Notes under the pieces: model-generated
Database searches by the model: none
Told to the model about the DNA's origin: nothing
Seen by the model: the letters and a program-made list of their open reading frames with translations, nothing else
Shown here: one piece after another, positions 49,208-58,866 of the stretch
Layout of the letters: every line of letters starts with the position of its first letter
Numbering within the stretch: position 1 is the first letter of the stretch
From: Deltaproteobacteria bacterium
GTDB lineage: Bacteria; Myxococcota; Kuafuiibacteriia; Kuafuiibacteriales; Kuafuiibacteriaceae
Length of the DNA stretch: 64,000 bases
Direction: 5' to 3'
Assembly (NCBI GenBank): GCA_040218735.1
Contig: JAVJQW010000022.1
Coordinates: forward strand, 96,001-160,000
Program-made: the position numbers and the translations under genes

Positions 49208-50335
49208 TCACGCTCCCAGCGCGCGGCGGACGGCGTCGATGATCGTGGTGCGCTCCTCCAGCGTCAGCGAAGGGCGAATCGGAAGCGCGAGCGTCTCGTG
49301 CGCGGCGCGTTCGGCGTGGACGAGATCCCCCTCGCGGTAACCGAGCGAGGCGAACACCGGCTGCAGGTGAAGCGGCGTCGGGTAGTAGATCTTCGTCTCG
49401 ATGCCCTCGGCGGTGAGCGCTTCGCGGACGCGGTCGCGCGCGGCGCCGAGGCGAACGACGTACTGGTGGTGCGCGTGACGCGCCGGCGGTGAGGGGCGCG
49501 TCGGGACGACGATCGACAGCTGAGCGAAGGCGTCGTCGTACGCGGCGGCGTTGAGCTCGCGTCGGCGTCGCTTCGAGTCGAGGTGCTCGAGCTTGACGAG
49601 GAGCGCGGCCGCCTGGAGCGCGTCGAGGCGGTGGTTGCCGCCGAGCCGTTCGTGGACGAGCCGATCCGACATCCCGTAGCTCCGGAGGCTCCGGATGCGT
49701 TCGGCGACTTCGTCGTCGTTCGTGACCACCGCGCCGCCGTCGCCCAGCGCGCCGAGGTTCTTGGTCGGGAAGAAGGAGAAGCAACCCAGCTTGCCGTGGG
49801 TGCCGACGTGGCGGCCGTCGTTGGCGATCGCGTCCACCCCCTGCGCGGCGTCCTCGACGATCCAGATCCCGCGCGGGCGCGTGAGCGCGCGGAGCCCCTC
49901 GAGGTCGGCGGCGAGGCCGAACAGGTGCACGGGGAGCACGACCTTGGTCCGCGCGGCGCGCGGGTCGTTCGCGAGGAAGTGGGCGAGGGCGTCGGGATCC
50001 AGGTTGAACGTGACGGGGTCGATGTCGACGAACGCGACCTCGGCGCCGAGCCGCGCGGCGACGCCGGCCGGGGAGTAGAACGTGTACGGCGTGGTGACGA
50101 CGACGTCGCCGGGGCCGACTTCGCGTTCGTGGAGCGCGAGGGTGAGGGCGTCGGTCCCGCTGGAGACGCCGATTGCGTGCGCGGCGCCGACGTAGCGGGC
50201 GAACGCGCCCTCGAAGGCCGACAGCGTCTCCCCCATGATGTAGCTGCCGCTGTCGATCGCGTCCTTCACCGCGGCGTGCAGCGCCTCGGCGAAGGGGGCG
50301 TGTTCGCGCGCCAGATCGACGAACGGGATCTTCAC
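49208..50335 (-). CDS. DegT/DnrJ/EryC1/StrS aminotransferase
   Basis: SSGTDAL, PVHLFG, EDAAQ and SFFPTKNLG..GDGG motifs. Confidence 0.95.
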   Translation of the reverse strand: MKIPFVDLAREHAPFAEALHAAVKDAIDSGSYIMGETLSAFEGAFARYVGAAHAIGVSSGTDALTLALHEREVGPGDVVVTTPYTFYSPAGVAARLGAEVAFVDIDPVTFNLDPDALAHFLANDPRAARTKVVLPVHLFGLAADLEGLRALTRPRGIWIVEDAAQGVDAIANDGRHVGTHGKLGCFSFFPTKNLGALGDGGAVVTNDDEVAERIRSLRSYGMSDRLVHERLGGNHRLDALQAAALLVKLEHLDSKRRRRELNAAAYDDAFAQLSIVVPTRPSPPARHAHHQYVVRLGAARDRVREALTAEGIETKIYYPTPLHLQPVFASLGYREGDLVHAERAAHETLALPIRPSLTLEERTTIIDAVRRALGA

Positions 50336-51096
50336 GTCTTCTTCTTCGCTCGGGTGAGCTCGGCGTACGCCTTCACGACGTCGGGGATGTCGCCCTGCGT
50401 GACGACCTCACCGCGCTCCAGGAGGATCATCCGCGTGCAGAGGCGCTTCAGCTCCTCCATGTTGTGCGAGACGATCACCACGGTGGCGTCCTCGTCCTTC
50501 ACCATCTCCTCGATGCGGTTCACGGAGCGCTGCCGGAACGCGGCGTCGCCCACGGCGAGGGCTTCGTCGATCAGCAGGATCTCCGGCTTCACGGCGGCGG
50601 CCACCGAGAACCCGAGGCGCGCGCGCATGCCGGAGGAGTAGGTGCGCAGCGGCTGGTGGATGAACTCGTCGAGGTCGGCGAACTCCACGATCTTGTCGGC
50701 GAGCTGCTCCATCTCCTCGGGGGCGTAGCCGCTGATCGCGCCGGAGAGTTTGATGTTCTCGTAGCCGGTGAGCTCGTCGCGGAAGCCCGCGCCCAGCTCG
50801 AGGAGCGAGGAGATGCGGCCCTTCGTCTCGACGTGCCCCTTGTCGGGCTCGTAGATGCCGCACACCACGCGCAACAGCGTGCTCTTCCCCGAGCCGTTGC
50901 GACCGACGAGGCCGATCACCTCGCCGCGCTGCACTTCGAACGACACGCCGTTGAGCGCCCAGAAGTCGCGCTTGCGGTCGGGGTGGCGGCGCCCGGTGAC
51001 GAGCTCGAGGAACGCCTCCTTCACGCCGCGCGCGCGGTAGCGGACGATCGGGAAGGAGAGGTGCACGTCCTCGACGGTGATGACCGCGGTGCTCAC
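50332..51096 (-). CDS. wzt: Polysaccharide ABC exporter ATP-binding subunit
   Basis: GRNGSGKST, YSSGM.ARLGF and IDEALAVGDA.F motifs. GTG start overlaps the wzm stop. Confidence 0.92.
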   Translation of the reverse strand: MSTAVITVEDVHLSFPIVRYRARGVKEAFLELVTGRRHPDRKRDFWALNGVSFEVQRGEVIGLVGRNGSGKSTLLRVVCGIYEPDKGHVETKGRISSLLELGAGFRDELTGYENIKLSGAISGYAPEEMEQLADKIVEFADLDEFIHQPLRTYSSGMRARLGFSVAAAVKPEILLIDEALAVGDAAFRQRSVNRIEEMVKDEDATVVIVSHNMEELKRLCTRMILLERGEVVTQGDIPDVVKAYAELTRAKKKT

Positions 51097-51863
51097 AGGA
51101 ACTTCACCGCCTTCTTCTCGTACTTCTTGAAGTACAGCGCGCCACCGACGAACGTGAGGATCGCGATGCCCACGCCGTACGCCATGTAGAGGTCGCTGAA
51201 CGCGTACGGCTCGTTCATGACGGCGCTGCGTCCGAGCGAGATGTAGATCGACAGCGGGTTCAGCAGGTACACGCCGAGGATCTCCTCGGGCACGCGCGTG
51301 ATCGGGTAGATGAGCGGCGACCCGTAGAACAGCAGGCGCAGCGTCACGCGAATGACGTAGCCGACGTCCCGGTACAGCGCGTTCACGCAGGCCACGAAGA
51401 ACGCGATGCCCGTCGCGAACAGCGTGATGAGGAGCGCCGCGATCGGGAAGAAGATGATCCGCCACCCCGGTACCGCCTCGTAGACGAAGAGGAACGGCAC
51501 CACCGCGAACATCGACAGGCCGAACACGACGAGGTTGCTGCCGACGTGTGCGTACACGAACACTTCGCGCGGGATGTAGACGCGGCGGATGAGCGAGGCG
51601 TTCGACGTGAGCGACACCGCGCCGGCCTGCACGATGGCGCCGAAGAGGTTGTAGGGCAGGACGCCGAGGATGACGATCAGCGCGTAGCCGGGCTCGTCGA
51701 CGCGCGCGATGACGTCGAACAGGAAGTAGTAGATGCCGACGAGCGACAGCGGCTCGAGCAGCGACCACAGGTAACCGAGCAGGGTGCCGCGGTATTTGAC
51801 CTTGAGATCGCGCTTGATGAAGTTCTCGAGAACGTACTGGTTCTCTTGGATGACGCGAAGCAC
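51093..51863 (-). CDS. wzm: Polysaccharide ABC exporter permease
   Basis: RDLKVKYRGT.LGYLWSLLEP, YRD, P.IYP and NP motifs; hydrophobic segments. Confidence 0.92.
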   Translation of the reverse strand: MLRVIQENQYVLENFIKRDLKVKYRGTLLGYLWSLLEPLSLVGIYYFLFDVIARVDEPGYALIVILGVLPYNLFGAIVQAGAVSLTSNASLIRRVYIPREVFVYAHVGSNLVVFGLSMFAVVPFLFVYEAVPGWRIIFFPIAALLITLFATGIAFFVACVNALYRDVGYVIRVTLRLLFYGSPLIYPITRVPEEILGVYLLNPLSIYISLGRSAVMNEPYAFSDLYMAYGVGIAILTFVGGALYFKKYEKKAVKFL

Positions 51864-51903
51864 CCCGGACGGCCTTTCGCGCCCCTCATGTCACGAATCT
51901 CGT

Positions 51904-52257
51904 TCAGTCGGCAAACGTTCGACGCTGCAATAGACCTCGCGCCACGAACAGCAGCGCTGCCAGCACCCCGAACACCAGCGCGAGGCCGATGTTGTGCAGG
52001 GACTCACCGACGCCGAGGAGCGTGATCGGGTACTGGTCGGGCTGCGGCAGGCGCTGGATCGCCGAGAAGGTGCGGATGACCCCGGCCGTGAATCCGAGCA
52101 GCCCCGAGATCCCGGTCGCGACGAGCGCCGCCGGGATCGCCGAGCCCACGGGGCGAGACGGGCGGACGAGCGCGCGCACGAGGAGCGCCACGGCCAAGGT
52201 TCCGAAGACGGTGGTCGGGTACATCCCCCAGCCACCGAGTTGATAGGCATCGAGCAT
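51904..52257 (-). CDS. Small membrane protein, MotA/TolQ/ExbB-like
   Basis: GGWGMYP, GLLGF..G.I..F and G..ESL..I..AL pattern with three hydrophobic segments. Confidence 0.65.
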   Translation of the reverse strand: MLDAYQLGGWGMYPTTVFGTLAVALLVRALVRPSRPVGSAIPAALVATGISGLLGFTAGVIRTFSAIQRLPQPDQYPITLLGVGESLHNIGLALVFGVLAALLFVARGLLQRRTFAD

Positions 52258-52359
52258 CGATAGGTTCCCTCCTAGCGGGAGGGACAGCGGGCGAGGCGTG
52301 GCGGTTCCCCGCGCGCGACGTTTCCCGAGGCGTATGTCATACTCTTCCACCGATCCCTC

Positions 52360-54297
52360 ATGGGCAGCGGAGACAACTCCGGCCGGGACGCCGGCCGTCG
52401 TCAGGGTCGGAACACGACCTTCGAGGCGGAGGCGTACAAGTCCGACGATCTGCCCCCGATCCAGCCGTCCGATCTGATCGACCCCGAGGTGACCGGCCAC
52501 GCGATGGTCGACGAGCAGATCGACGGGTACCACCAGCCCACCGCGATGTTCGACAAGGGCGAGTTCCTGGGGGAGCTCGCGCAGATCGTGGACGGGGCGC
52601 CCGAGACCCGGGCGCGGGTGGAGGCCGAGGAGGCCCCCCCGATGGGGTGCCGGCTGATCATCGTGGCGGGGCCGGACCTCGGGATGGAGTGGGCGTTCAA
52701 GACGCCCGAGATCGTCCTGGGGCGCGACGAGGACTGCGACCTGATGATGTCGGACATCGCGGTCTCCCGGCGCCACGCGAAGCTGGCGCTGGAGGGCGAT
52801 CACTTCGTCCTGCACGACCTCGGCAGCGGGAACGGCACCTACCTGAACGGGGCGCGCATCGAGCGCGAGGAGCTGTCCCCCGGCGACGAGATCACGGTCG
52901 GCGAGCGGACCCTGCGGTTCGTGGAGCTGAACGAGGCCCCGCCCACGGCGGCGGCGCACCCGGTGCCCAAGGACCTCCCGCAGGAGCCGTCCGTCGGGGA
53001 GCCGGCGGTCGACGACGAGGGGTTCGCGCCGCTGACGGGGCGGTCGGCGGTCGCGGTCGACGCGGCGGAGCCGGCGGTGGAGGTGGCGCCGGATCTCGAC
53101 GGGGCGCCGCCGTCCGACGTCCCGGCGCCGGGCGCTGCGCTGAAGCGGTTCGTGCGGATCGGCGGCGTGGTCGTGTTGCTGCTGGCGCTCGGCCTCGGCG
53201 GCTGGCTCGCGTACGACATGTACCAAGCCGGTGAGACGGAGGCGATGGCGCTCGCGCGTGCGAAGCGCGAGTTCCTGCAGGGCATCGAGCTGGTGAAGGC
53301 GAAGCGCTGCGGTGACGCCAACGTCCTGTTCCGTCGGGTGCTCGAGGTGCGCCAAGGGTACGCGCCAGCCGAGCGCTACCTCGTGCACTGCACGAAGGAG
53401 CTGTCGCAGTGGAACGAGCTGGAGGCGGCGCGGCTGCTCGCGCAGGACGGGCAGTACGCGGAGGCGATCGAGGCGCTCGAGAAGGTCGACCCGGACAGCG
53501 TCTACTCGTCGGACGCGCAGGACCGAAAGAAGAAGTACCAGCGCGTGCTCGCGGAGCGCACCGTGATGCGGGGGCGCGACGCGCTCGATCGCGGTGACTT
53601 CGACGCGGCGGACGAGCTCGCGGACCGCGCGCTGGATCAGTTCCCGGGGCTTCGGAGCGCGCTGCTGTTGAAGCAGGAGATCGAGGAGGCGCGCGCGGGC
53701 GCGAAGCCGAAGCCGCGTCCGAAGAAGAAGTTCACGATTCCGCCGATCCTCCTGCGCGCGGTCGCCCTCTACAAAAACGCGCAGATCAGCGCGGCGATCG
53801 ACGCGGCCGAAGCGGCGGGCGGCGACGAGGCGCGCGAGTACGCGCAGCGCATGAAGGAGCTGAAGACCTTGATGACGCGGGCGCGCGAGGCGCACCGCAA
53901 CAAGGCGGCCGCGGAGCTGCTGCGCATCGCGCCGCAGGCGCTGGACCTCGACAAACGGGTGGCCGGCGGCGAGGGCAAGGTGCGGCAGCGCCTGAAGAGC
54001 TACTACGCCGACGGGCTCTACCTGAAGGGGATCGAGGCGTACCAGGGCGGCGACGACGTGAAGGCGTTTCAGCTCCTGACGGAGGCCGTTCGCGCGAAGC
54101 CCGGGCACCGACTCGCGGAGACGCGGCTCGCCGAGCTCAACGGGAAGGCGCGGCAGATCTTCTGGGACGGGTACGTGCTGAAGGACTCCGATCCCGCGAA
54201 GACGCGACGGATCTTCTTGCGCCTCACGAGGATGACGCGCGCGTCGAACGAGTGGCACAAACGCGCGAAGCGCTGGTTGGCCGCGAATCCCGGATAG
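52360..54297 (+). CDS. Membrane-anchored FHA-domain / TPR protein
   Basis: FHA (LGR..AVSRRHA..DLGSGNGT), one TM helix and a helical TPR-like C-terminal part. Confidence 0.85.
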   Translation: MGSGDNSGRDAGRRQGRNTTFEAEAYKSDDLPPIQPSDLIDPEVTGHAMVDEQIDGYHQPTAMFDKGEFLGELAQIVDGAPETRARVEAEEAPPMGCRLIIVAGPDLGMEWAFKTPEIVLGRDEDCDLMMSDIAVSRRHAKLALEGDHFVLHDLGSGNGTYLNGARIEREELSPGDEITVGERTLRFVELNEAPPTAAAHPVPKDLPQEPSVGEPAVDDEGFAPLTGRSAVAVDAAEPAVEVAPDLDGAPPSDVPAPGAALKRFVRIGGVVVLLLALGLGGWLAYDMYQAGETEAMALARAKREFLQGIELVKAKRCGDANVLFRRVLEVRQGYAPAERYLVHCTKELSQWNELEAARLLAQDGQYAEAIEALEKVDPDSVYSSDAQDRKKKYQRVLAERTVMRGRDALDRGDFDAADELADRALDQFPGLRSALLLKQEIEEARAGAKPKPRPKKKFTIPPILLRAVALYKNAQISAAIDAAEAAGGDEAREYAQRMKELKTLMTRAREAHRNKAAAELLRIAPQALDLDKRVAGGEGKVRQRLKSYYADGLYLKGIEAYQGGDDVKAFQLLTEAVRAKPGHRLAETRLAELNGKARQIFWDGYVLKDSDPAKTRRIFLRLTRMTRASNEWHKRAKRWLAANPG

Positions 54298-54347
54298 CGT
54301 CGGTTCGCTTTGCCGCGGTCGAGCGCATGGGTTAGGACTCCGCGTCC

Positions 54348-57065
54348 ATGCAGCGCATCGCGGCCACGCTCGAGCGCGCACGTGCGCTGAACACGGACGT
54401 CGAGCAAGGGCTCGACGACCAGGCGGTACGGGCGAGCCGGGCGGCACACGGGGCGAATCGCGTCCCCGAGGTGCCGCCGAAGCCGGTCTGGAAGATGTTC
54501 CAGGAGGCCCTCGCCGACAAGACGCTGCTCATTCTGATCGGCGCGGCGGTCTTGTCGCTGGGCGTTGAGCTGCTGCAGGCGCGCCTCGACCCGGCCTACG
54601 CGCCGCACTACATCGACGGGATCGCGATCCTCCTCGCGGTGCTGATCGCGTCGCTCGTCACCACGGTGAACGAGGCCGGCGCGGCGAAGCAGTTCTCGGA
54701 GCTCAACAAGATCCGTGACGACATCGAGGTGAAGGTCCTGCGGGCCGGGCACGTGAAGAAGGTGTCGATCCACGACCTCGTCGTCGGGGACGTCGTGTAC
54801 TTCGACGCGGGCGACAAACTCCCGGCGGACGGGTTGCTCCTGTCGGGGGCGGACGTCGCGATCGACCAGTCGACGCTCACGGGTGAGTCCGTCCCGGTCG
54901 ACAAGGACGCCGAGGACCCGCAGCTCAAGGGCGGGACGACGGTGACCGGTGGCTCCGGGTGCATGTTGATCGAGGCGGTCGGTGAGCAGTCGGAGATCGG
55001 CAAGCTCCAGCGTGCGCTCACCGACGACGAGGACGCCCCGACGCCTCTGCAGGAGCGCCTCGCGGTGCTGGCGGATCGCATCGGGTACTTCGGGTTGGGC
55101 GCGGCGATCCTCACGTTCGCGGCGCTGTCGATCTCGGCCGGAGTGCGGGGCGAGATGCCGGTCGCGATGACGCTCGAGACCGCGCGGCACCTGCTGACGT
55201 TCCTGATCGTCGCGGTGACGATCATCGTGGTCGCCGTGCCGGAGGGGCTGCCGCTCGCGGTGACGATCTCACTCGCCTACAGCGTCAAGAAGATGGCGCG
55301 CGACAACAACCTCGTCCGCAAGCTCGCGAGCTGCGAGACGATGGGCGCCGCGACGGTGGTGTGCTCCGACAAGACGGGCACGCTCACGAAGAACCGCATG
55401 AGCGTGGTGGCCGGGCACGTCGCCGGTCATTCGTTCGAGGAGGCCCCCACGAAGGACGCGCTGGGCGACGCGGCGCAGGCGTTCGCGGACGTCGCGGCGA
55501 TCGACGCGACGGCGTTCCTCGAGCGGGACGACGCGGGCCACGTCACGTACGTCGGTAACCCGACGGAGTGCGCTTTGCTCGCGCTGATCGAGACGTGGGG
55601 CTTCGACTATCGTGCGCTGCGCGACGCCGCGGATGTCGTTCATCAGCTCGGCTTCACGTCGGATCGGAAGCGCATGTCGACGTTGGTGAAGAGCGGGGAG
55701 GGGCATCGGCTCCTCGTGAAGGGCGCGCCCGAGGTCGTGCTGGAGCGGTCCACGCGGTTCGTCGCGGCGTCGGGCACGGAGCGGCTCGACGACGACCAGC
55801 GCGCGGCCCGCCTCGCGGACGTGGAGCGGTTTTCGTCGCAGGGGCACCGCACACTCGCGCTCGCGTACCGCGACTTCGGCGGGGCGGCGCCCGACGGCGC
55901 AGACGCGCTGGAGTCGGACCTCGTACTGCTCGGCGTCGTCGCGATCGCGGATCCGGTGCGGCCGGAGGTGAAAGAGGCGGTCGCGGAGTGCCGGCGCGCG
56001 GGCGTGGAGGTGAAGATCGTCACCGGCGACAACCCGCTGACCGCGCAGAGCATCGGCACGCAGATCGGTTTGATCGAGGACGGGGACCTGGTGATGGAGG
56101 GCGCCGAGTTCCGCGCGCTCTCGGACGAGGAGGTCGTCGCAAGGCTCCCGAAGCTCCGGGTGCTCGCGCGCTCCGTGCCGACCGACAAACACCGCTTGGT
56201 GTCGCTCCTGAAGGCCAACGGTGAGGTCGTCGCGGTCACCGGGGACGGCACGAACGATGCGCCCGCGCTGAAGGTCGCGGACGTCGGGTTCTCGATGGGG
56301 ATCACCGGGACCGAAGTCGCGAAGGAGGCGAGCGACATCGTGCTGCTCGACGACAACTTCGCGTCGATCGTCGGGGGCATTCAGTGGGGGCGCTCGATCT
56401 TCGAGAACATCCGCAAGTTCCTCCAGTTCCAGCTCACGGTGAACGTCGTCGCGCTCGGGACGGCGTTCCTTGCGGCGGTGCTCGGGTTCGGCATTCCACT
56501 GAATACCGTGCAGCTGCTGTGGGTGAACCTGATCATGGACACCCTCGCGGCGCTCGCGCTCGCGACGGAGCCGCCGACCGAGGAGCTCTTCGAGCAGCCC
56601 CCGCACGGGCGCCACGCGCCGCTCATCACGCGGGCGATGTGGACGTCCATCCTGACGATGGGGCTCGTGATGATCGGCGTGCTCGTCGCGACGATGTGGA
56701 CGGACTGGATCGTCCCGGGCACGACGGCGCACGCGGAGAAGCTCACGTTTGTCTTCAACGCCTTCGTGATGATGCAGCTCTTCAACGAGGTGAACGCACG
56801 CTCCACCCGCTTCGACCGCGGTGTGTTGCGCGGCTTCGCGGACAGCCCGCTGTTCGTCGCGGTGCTCGTGGTGACGTTCGGGCTGCAGATCGTGATCGTG
56901 CAGCTCGGCGGCGACTTCTTCCGCACCGTCCCGCTGTCGATGGACCTGTGGATTCGCAGCGTGGTGGTGGGCGCGTCGACGCTCGTCCTCGGGTTCGTGC
57001 TGCGCGCGGTGCTGCGCAACGCGCCGAAGGCCTGGTACGGAGAGGCAAGCCCGGACGCGACGTGA
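54348..57065 (+). CDS. Calcium-translocating P-type ATPase (PMCA-like)
   Basis: TGES, VAVPEGLPLAVT, DKTGTLT, KGAPE, TGDGTNDAPAL and LWVNLIMDT motifs. Confidence 0.95.
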   Translation: MQRIAATLERARALNTDVEQGLDDQAVRASRAAHGANRVPEVPPKPVWKMFQEALADKTLLILIGAAVLSLGVELLQARLDPAYAPHYIDGIAILLAVLIASLVTTVNEAGAAKQFSELNKIRDDIEVKVLRAGHVKKVSIHDLVVGDVVYFDAGDKLPADGLLLSGADVAIDQSTLTGESVPVDKDAEDPQLKGGTTVTGGSGCMLIEAVGEQSEIGKLQRALTDDEDAPTPLQERLAVLADRIGYFGLGAAILTFAALSISAGVRGEMPVAMTLETARHLLTFLIVAVTIIVVAVPEGLPLAVTISLAYSVKKMARDNNLVRKLASCETMGAATVVCSDKTGTLTKNRMSVVAGHVAGHSFEEAPTKDALGDAAQAFADVAAIDATAFLERDDAGHVTYVGNPTECALLALIETWGFDYRALRDAADVVHQLGFTSDRKRMSTLVKSGEGHRLLVKGAPEVVLERSTRFVAASGTERLDDDQRAARLADVERFSSQGHRTLALAYRDFGGAAPDGADALESDLVLLGVVAIADPVRPEVKEAVAECRRAGVEVKIVTGDNPLTAQSIGTQIGLIEDGDLVMEGAEFRALSDEEVVARLPKLRVLARSVPTDKHRLVSLLKANGEVVAVTGDGTNDAPALKVADVGFSMGITGTEVAKEASDIVLLDDNFASIVGGIQWGRSIFENIRKFLQFQLTVNVVALGTAFLAAVLGFGIPLNTVQLLWVNLIMDTLAALALATEPPTEELFEQPPHGRHAPLITRAMWTSILTMGLVMIGVLVATMWTDWIVPGTTAHAEKLTFVFNAFVMMQLFNEVNARSTRFDRGVLRGFADSPLFVAVLVVTFGLQIVIVQLGGDFFRTVPLSMDLWIRSVVVGASTLVLGFVLRAVLRNAPKAWYGEASPDAT

Positions 57066-57153
57066 TCGCCGTCGTGTCGCAACGAATCCACACGCGTGAA
57101 TCCGGGGCTCGGTCGTTCACCCGATTCGGGCGTCGCCGGGTGCGGTACGGAAC

Positions 57154-58023
57154 GTGCTCTCGTCGAGGCCCGTGCGGACCCGGGCGCTACTCCTCCTGAC
57201 CCTGCTCACGGCCTGCGGCTCCTCCGCGGTGGAGCAGGACGTCACCCTCCGGGTCGTCCGCGGCGGCGAGGTCGTGCACGCCGCCGGCACCATCACCGAA
57301 AACGCGGACTCCGGCGAGCCGATGCTCGCTGCGCGGTTCACGGTGGACGCCGGGCGGACCGCGACGCTCCTCATCGTCGGCGACCCGCCGACGGTCGCGA
57401 TGTACGAGGAGTGGCGCGGCGAGAAGAAGCTCTTCGCGGGCCAGATCCGCGACGAGGAGATCGCCGGCCGCCTCACGCGTGCGGAGATCGGCGCGCGCAT
57501 CCAGTTTGCCTTCATGGCGGTGGATGGCAGCCAGGCGATCAAGATCGAGGGCGCCGCCACCGTCATCGAGGTGCGCGGAGCGCCGCAGCCCGAGGCGAGT
57601 GGGCAGGTCGTCGTGACGTACGACGATGACCCGACCTACGAGGACCCCTACTACGACGACACGACGTACGACGAACCGTCGGGTTGTGAGTCGTACGAGC
57701 CGGAGCCGGAGCCTGAGCCGGAGCCCGAGTACGAAGACGAGACCTGGGAGGACAGCAGCGGCGGCGGCTGCGGCGGCGTCGAGGGCGACACCGTCGAAGA
57801 CGACTGGGACGAGGAAGAGGAGTGGGAGGGCGACGACTGGGAGACGGACGAGTCCTACGAAGGGGACGACTCCGCGGCCGGCTGCGAGGGAGACACCTAC
57901 GAGGCCTCCGTCTCCTACGACCGGCGTCGCACGCGCCGCATCGTCCGCGGTGCGTGGCTGTGGCTCTGGCCGCTCGGCGTCGTCGCGTTCTTCAACCGCC
58001 GCGCGCGCCGCGCTCGTTCCTGA
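57154..58023 (+). CDS. Lipoprotein with acidic low-complexity region and C-terminal TM/Arg tail
   Basis: Lipobox LLTAC, D/E-rich tract and WLWLWPLGVVAFFNRRARR tail. Confidence 0.65.
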   Translation: MLSSRPVRTRALLLLTLLTACGSSAVEQDVTLRVVRGGEVVHAAGTITENADSGEPMLAARFTVDAGRTATLLIVGDPPTVAMYEEWRGEKKLFAGQIRDEEIAGRLTRAEIGARIQFAFMAVDGSQAIKIEGAATVIEVRGAPQPEASGQVVVTYDDDPTYEDPYYDDTTYDEPSGCESYEPEPEPEPEPEYEDETWEDSSGGGCGGVEGDTVEDDWDEEEEWEGDDWETDESYEGDDSAAGCEGDTYEASVSYDRRRTRRIVRGAWLWLWPLGVVAFFNRRARRARS

Positions 58024-58083
58024 AACCCCTCGGCGCGACGAGTCCGTCGACGACGCTCCGCGTATCGCGCATCATGCGCCGCG

Positions 58084-58863
58084 ATGCGCCTCGACCGAAC
58101 GCTCCGCGACCGCTGGTCTCGAGAAGACGACGCCTGGACGTTCACCATGCCCGAGGGGTGGGGGCAGGGCCGCTCCGTGTTTGGTGGCTTCACGGCGGCC
58201 GCCGCCGTGGCCCTCGCGCACCGCGACGCGGGTGACGACCGCCGCCTCCGCACCGTCTCGATGCAGCTCATCCGCCCGACGAAGCCCGGCCCGACGAAGG
58301 GGCGGTGCACCGTCGTACGCGAAGGCGCGAACGTTCGCTTCGTCGAGGTGCGCCTCGCGCAGGATGACGCCGACGTCGCCGCGGTGAGCGCCGTGTTCGT
58401 CGCCCCGCGCGCGGGCTCGACCGACGCGCCCCCGCTCCCCGCGTGGGACGGGCCCGACGTCGAGTCGCTCGTCGACCTCCCGTACATCGAAGGCGTCATC
58501 CCCGAGTTCACGCAGCACGTTCAGATGCGCTGGGCCGACGGCCTCCCGCCGTTCTCCAACGGAAAGGAGGCCCGCTTCCGGGGGTACTGCCGCGGACCGT
58601 TCGGCGACGCGGAGGGCCTCGTCGCGCTCCTCGACGTGTGGCCGTCCCCGTCCCTCGCGCTGCTCTCGGGCCCCGCGCCCGCGAGCACGGTGAGCTGGAC
58701 CGCGCACCTGTTGGAGGTGCCTGCGGACTTCGAACGGTGGTTCCGGTTCTCGTACGAGACCGTCGCGGGGCGCGACGGGTTCCACACCAGCGTCGGCGCG
58801 CTGCACGACGCCGACGGTCGACTCGTCGGCTGGACGGAGCAGCTCGTCGCGGTGTTCGGCTGA
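58084..58863 (+). CDS. TesB-like double-hotdog thioesterase
   Basis: WGQGRSVFGG, REG, LLDVWP and STVSW motifs. Confidence 0.85.
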   Translation: MRLDRTLRDRWSREDDAWTFTMPEGWGQGRSVFGGFTAAAAVALAHRDAGDDRRLRTVSMQLIRPTKPGPTKGRCTVVREGANVRFVEVRLAQDDADVAAVSAVFVAPRAGSTDAPPLPAWDGPDVESLVDLPYIEGVIPEFTQHVQMRWADGLPPFSNGKEARFRGYCRGPFGDAEGLVALLDVWPSPSLALLSGPAPASTVSWTAHLLEVPADFERWFRFSYETVAGRDGFHTSVGALHDADGRLVGWTEQLVAVFG

Positions 58864-58866
58864 GCG

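Noticed and set aside
54348-57065. PMCA-like ATPase as a eukaryotic gene transfer
   Set aside because: PMCA-type ATPases are known in bacteria and codon usage looks native. No evidence without a phylogeny.
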